From Basidiobolus meristosporus CBS 931.73 (Eukaryota; Fungi; Basidiobolomycota), in the NCBI GenBank assembly GCA_002104905.1, contig MCFE01000130.1, positions 95,857 to 159,856 of the forward strand: 64,000 bases of DNA. Direction: 5' to 3'. A program made the translations under genes and the position numbers. The notes under the pieces were generated by a model. The model did not search any database and had not been told where the DNA came from. It saw only the letters and a program-made list of their open reading frames with translations. Positions 61,716-64,000 of this stretch are shown here, one piece after another. The stretch's first letter is position 1. Every line of letters begins with the position of its first letter.

Positions 61716-62870
61716 GCTATTCAAGCACCGGAATTTCGCACATCACATTTAGTTTGCTTTGACCTGAGTTCAAAGCTGAGAGGGGGGTGGATGTAGTGGG
61801 GTCACAGTGACACCCACAGGCAGATGTGCTCATTCTTATGCATTCACTTCCCTAAAAAGGATTACCCCGCCTATATTATTATCATCCCAAATTTGCAATA
61901 TTTCCTATTTTTGTCTATGTGATTATTACTATGCAACCTGACAAACTATTTGTCCCTATTAACCCATTGCACAAGCTATTCTTATTCCTTGCCAAGATGC
62001 CAAGATAAGATAGTTACCTTATAAGGCAAGTACCCCAACAGTGCCCATGTCACGTGACCATCTTGGTTTCATAATCCCCCATCTCACTACCATAAGAGGC
62101 AACCACATGACACAGAGGTTTCATGTTACCACTACCTGATTGGCTAGGTACTACTATGTCTCATGGAACAATCCGCCAAGAATTTGCGCTATTTTTAGTA
62201 CACAAAGACATGATTGGTTGTCTACTACCTTCTGGAAACTTCCGGAAAGTATTTTCTAGCAAGAAATTGAGCAGCAAAAAAGTATATAAGGGAGGCTATC
62301 CCTTAAAATAAATCATCCCTCTTCCAATATTCCGACTTATTGATTAGTGAGATCACCGCTACCTATTACCACTATTTTCTGACTCAGACCTGACAACACT
62401 CCCAGGAAACCGCGCTGACAGCCAACTGACCTTGGAGGCACTACTTGTGAGGAATACTCAGAGTAGGTATATTTTATTATATTTGTTTGTTTTCCCAAGT
62501 TTGTTCTTGTACAGGCAAAGATACTTTTCAGTCTTTGTAACTATTGGTCAAAGCTGCATTCTTATCAAGTCCCTGTTGGTGGAGTTTACAGTTGTTTTGA
62601 CTTTGGAAGCTTTAGTACATTGTCATCTCAAAGGACGTCGAAGCCATTATAAACTTTTGTTAAGACGCCAACTAAGTTGGGGATTGTAGTTCAATAGTTT
62701 TCCCTTGACAAGCTTGAGGCTTTATCCCCCATCACATTAGATTAGATAAAAGACCCAGTATTCCTAGCAAGCTTTTGCCAGAGGTTATCGCACCCAGTGA
62801 ACACCCCACACACATTCACACTTGAGAAGTGTTGGCCGTATTTTGCCCTTTGGACTTATACACCACCACA

Positions 62871-64000
62871 CCGCAATGATTTTCAACTGCCTACTTGACT
62901 GAGAGCCTGAGGTGTTGTATTATTACCTTTAGTGGGCACTATAGACTTGTTCCGTTGGATAGTGCCACATTGAGCCATGAGTACCAAATGATGCCATAGT
63001 GTGCCAGAGAGGCCAATATAGCCTCCACCTGGCCACAGAGTGTGAAACATAGCTCTGCATCCTCATGCAAAGCAGCCCCTGTGTTTCACCCATTGTGTTG
63101 GAGAAAATCCATTTTTTGACCTTTTTTTTGGATCAATATTGTGCAGGATGTATTAGAGCACCAGCAGATTGAAGATATGCATCTGGTACTCAATACCCTT
63201 GGCACTCTGAATCTAGCTCCTGTAGCTTGTATCATGTCACAAAAATGAATGGCACTATCTTGGTCCACTGGTACTATCTGGCACTATATTTAAATATTAG
63301 CCCTAAAGTAAGATCTATACAAAGCACTTATAGTGCCAGATAGTACCAGTGGACCAAGATAGTGCCATTCATTTTTGTGACATGATACAAGCTACAGGAG
63401 CTAGATTCAGAGTGCCATGGGTATTGAGTACCAGATGCATATTGTCAGTTCTACTGTGCTCTTACACATCCTGAGCTACATTGATCCACAAAAAAAGGTC
63501 AAAAAATGGATTTTCTCCTGTGCAATGGGTGAAATACAGGGGCTGCTTTACATGAAGATGCAGAGCTATGTTTCACACTCTGTGGCCAAGTATAGGCTCA
63601 CTTGACCTCTCTGGCACACTATGGCATCATTTGGCACTCATGGCTCAATGTGGGACTATCCAACAGAACAAGTCTTATGTCCACAGGGCTTTTTTTGGTT
63701 GTAGCCCTGCATATTGTACTGAATATCAAAGCAAGCTGTTGTCCAACCATTCTTCTGCTGCTGTCAGCAGGGGGTTTAGTTGGGAACCAGATGATTATGC
63801 ATTATTTCTTGGCAGCATATACATCAAAGTGAGTCATACCAAAGGGAAAATGGTGTAATATGTATATGTGTAAGTGGTGCCACAACATTACTTGTAATGC
63901 TTACTATGACAGATCAACATTTCATCTTACATTCATGTAGGTGTAATGTTTCGATTGGAAAACTGTCTTGAATTCACATGAGTATTGACAAAAATACAAT
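62871..64000 (-). mobile_element. CACTA-like element, copy C (ORF-A 5' region), interrupted by the foldback MITE; runs off the window
   Basis: DNA colinear with 28830-29215 and 48780-49095. Confidence 0.7.
62943..63675. mobile_element. 733-bp foldback MITE with ~345-bp inverted arms, 42-bp spacer and 3-bp TSD TAT
   Basis: 62943-63287 is the reverse complement of 63330-63675 with scattered mismatches. The termini AGACTTGTTC.GTTGGATAGT match the ends of element H. Confidence 0.92.

Larger units (their letters stand above)
55679..62870 (+). mobile_element. Near-complete Ty3/gypsy family G2 element with 1079-bp LTRs (55679-56757, 61792-62870)
   Basis: TG...CA LTRs differing at about a dozen positions; PBS TGGCACCCAACGTGGGG; PPT gagaggggggtgga. 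No matching TSD (ACCAT vs CCGCA). Confidence 0.95.

Noticed and set aside
1-64000. CRISPR arrays, rRNA, tRNA or snRNA genes
   Set aside because: No regularly spaced short repeats, cloverleaf or T-loop signatures, or conserved rRNA/snRNA motifs were seen.

Overview
Eukaryotic genomic DNA, most likely an intron-rich early-diverging fungus. This is inferred from the short GT-AG introns with CTAAY-type branch points and the gene set; Basidiobolus-like is a guess. The window has two sharply separated parts. (1) About 1-22 kb is a compact gene island: COX14-like, trimethyllysine dioxygenase, a VPS9-domain protein, a sphingomyelin-synthase-family protein, a bacterial-type CBM9-like protein, a zeta-crystallin-type quinone oxidoreductase, an IQM-like protein, an unknown coiled-coil protein, MAF1, and several probable spliced genes I could not identify. 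(2) About 23-64 kb is almost entirely nested transposable elements. These are one intact Ty1/copia element (identical LTRs, GCCAC TSD, half-tRNA-iMet PBS) plus three decayed copia relics, two Ty3/gypsy families nested in each other, fragmented CACTA/En-Spm-like elements, an IS5/PIF-Harbinger-like (PHIS) two-ORF element in two copies, and a 733-bp foldback MITE sharing its termini. Decayed copies show strong CpG-to-TpG/CpA loss. All alignments and family calls were done by eye, with no database searches.
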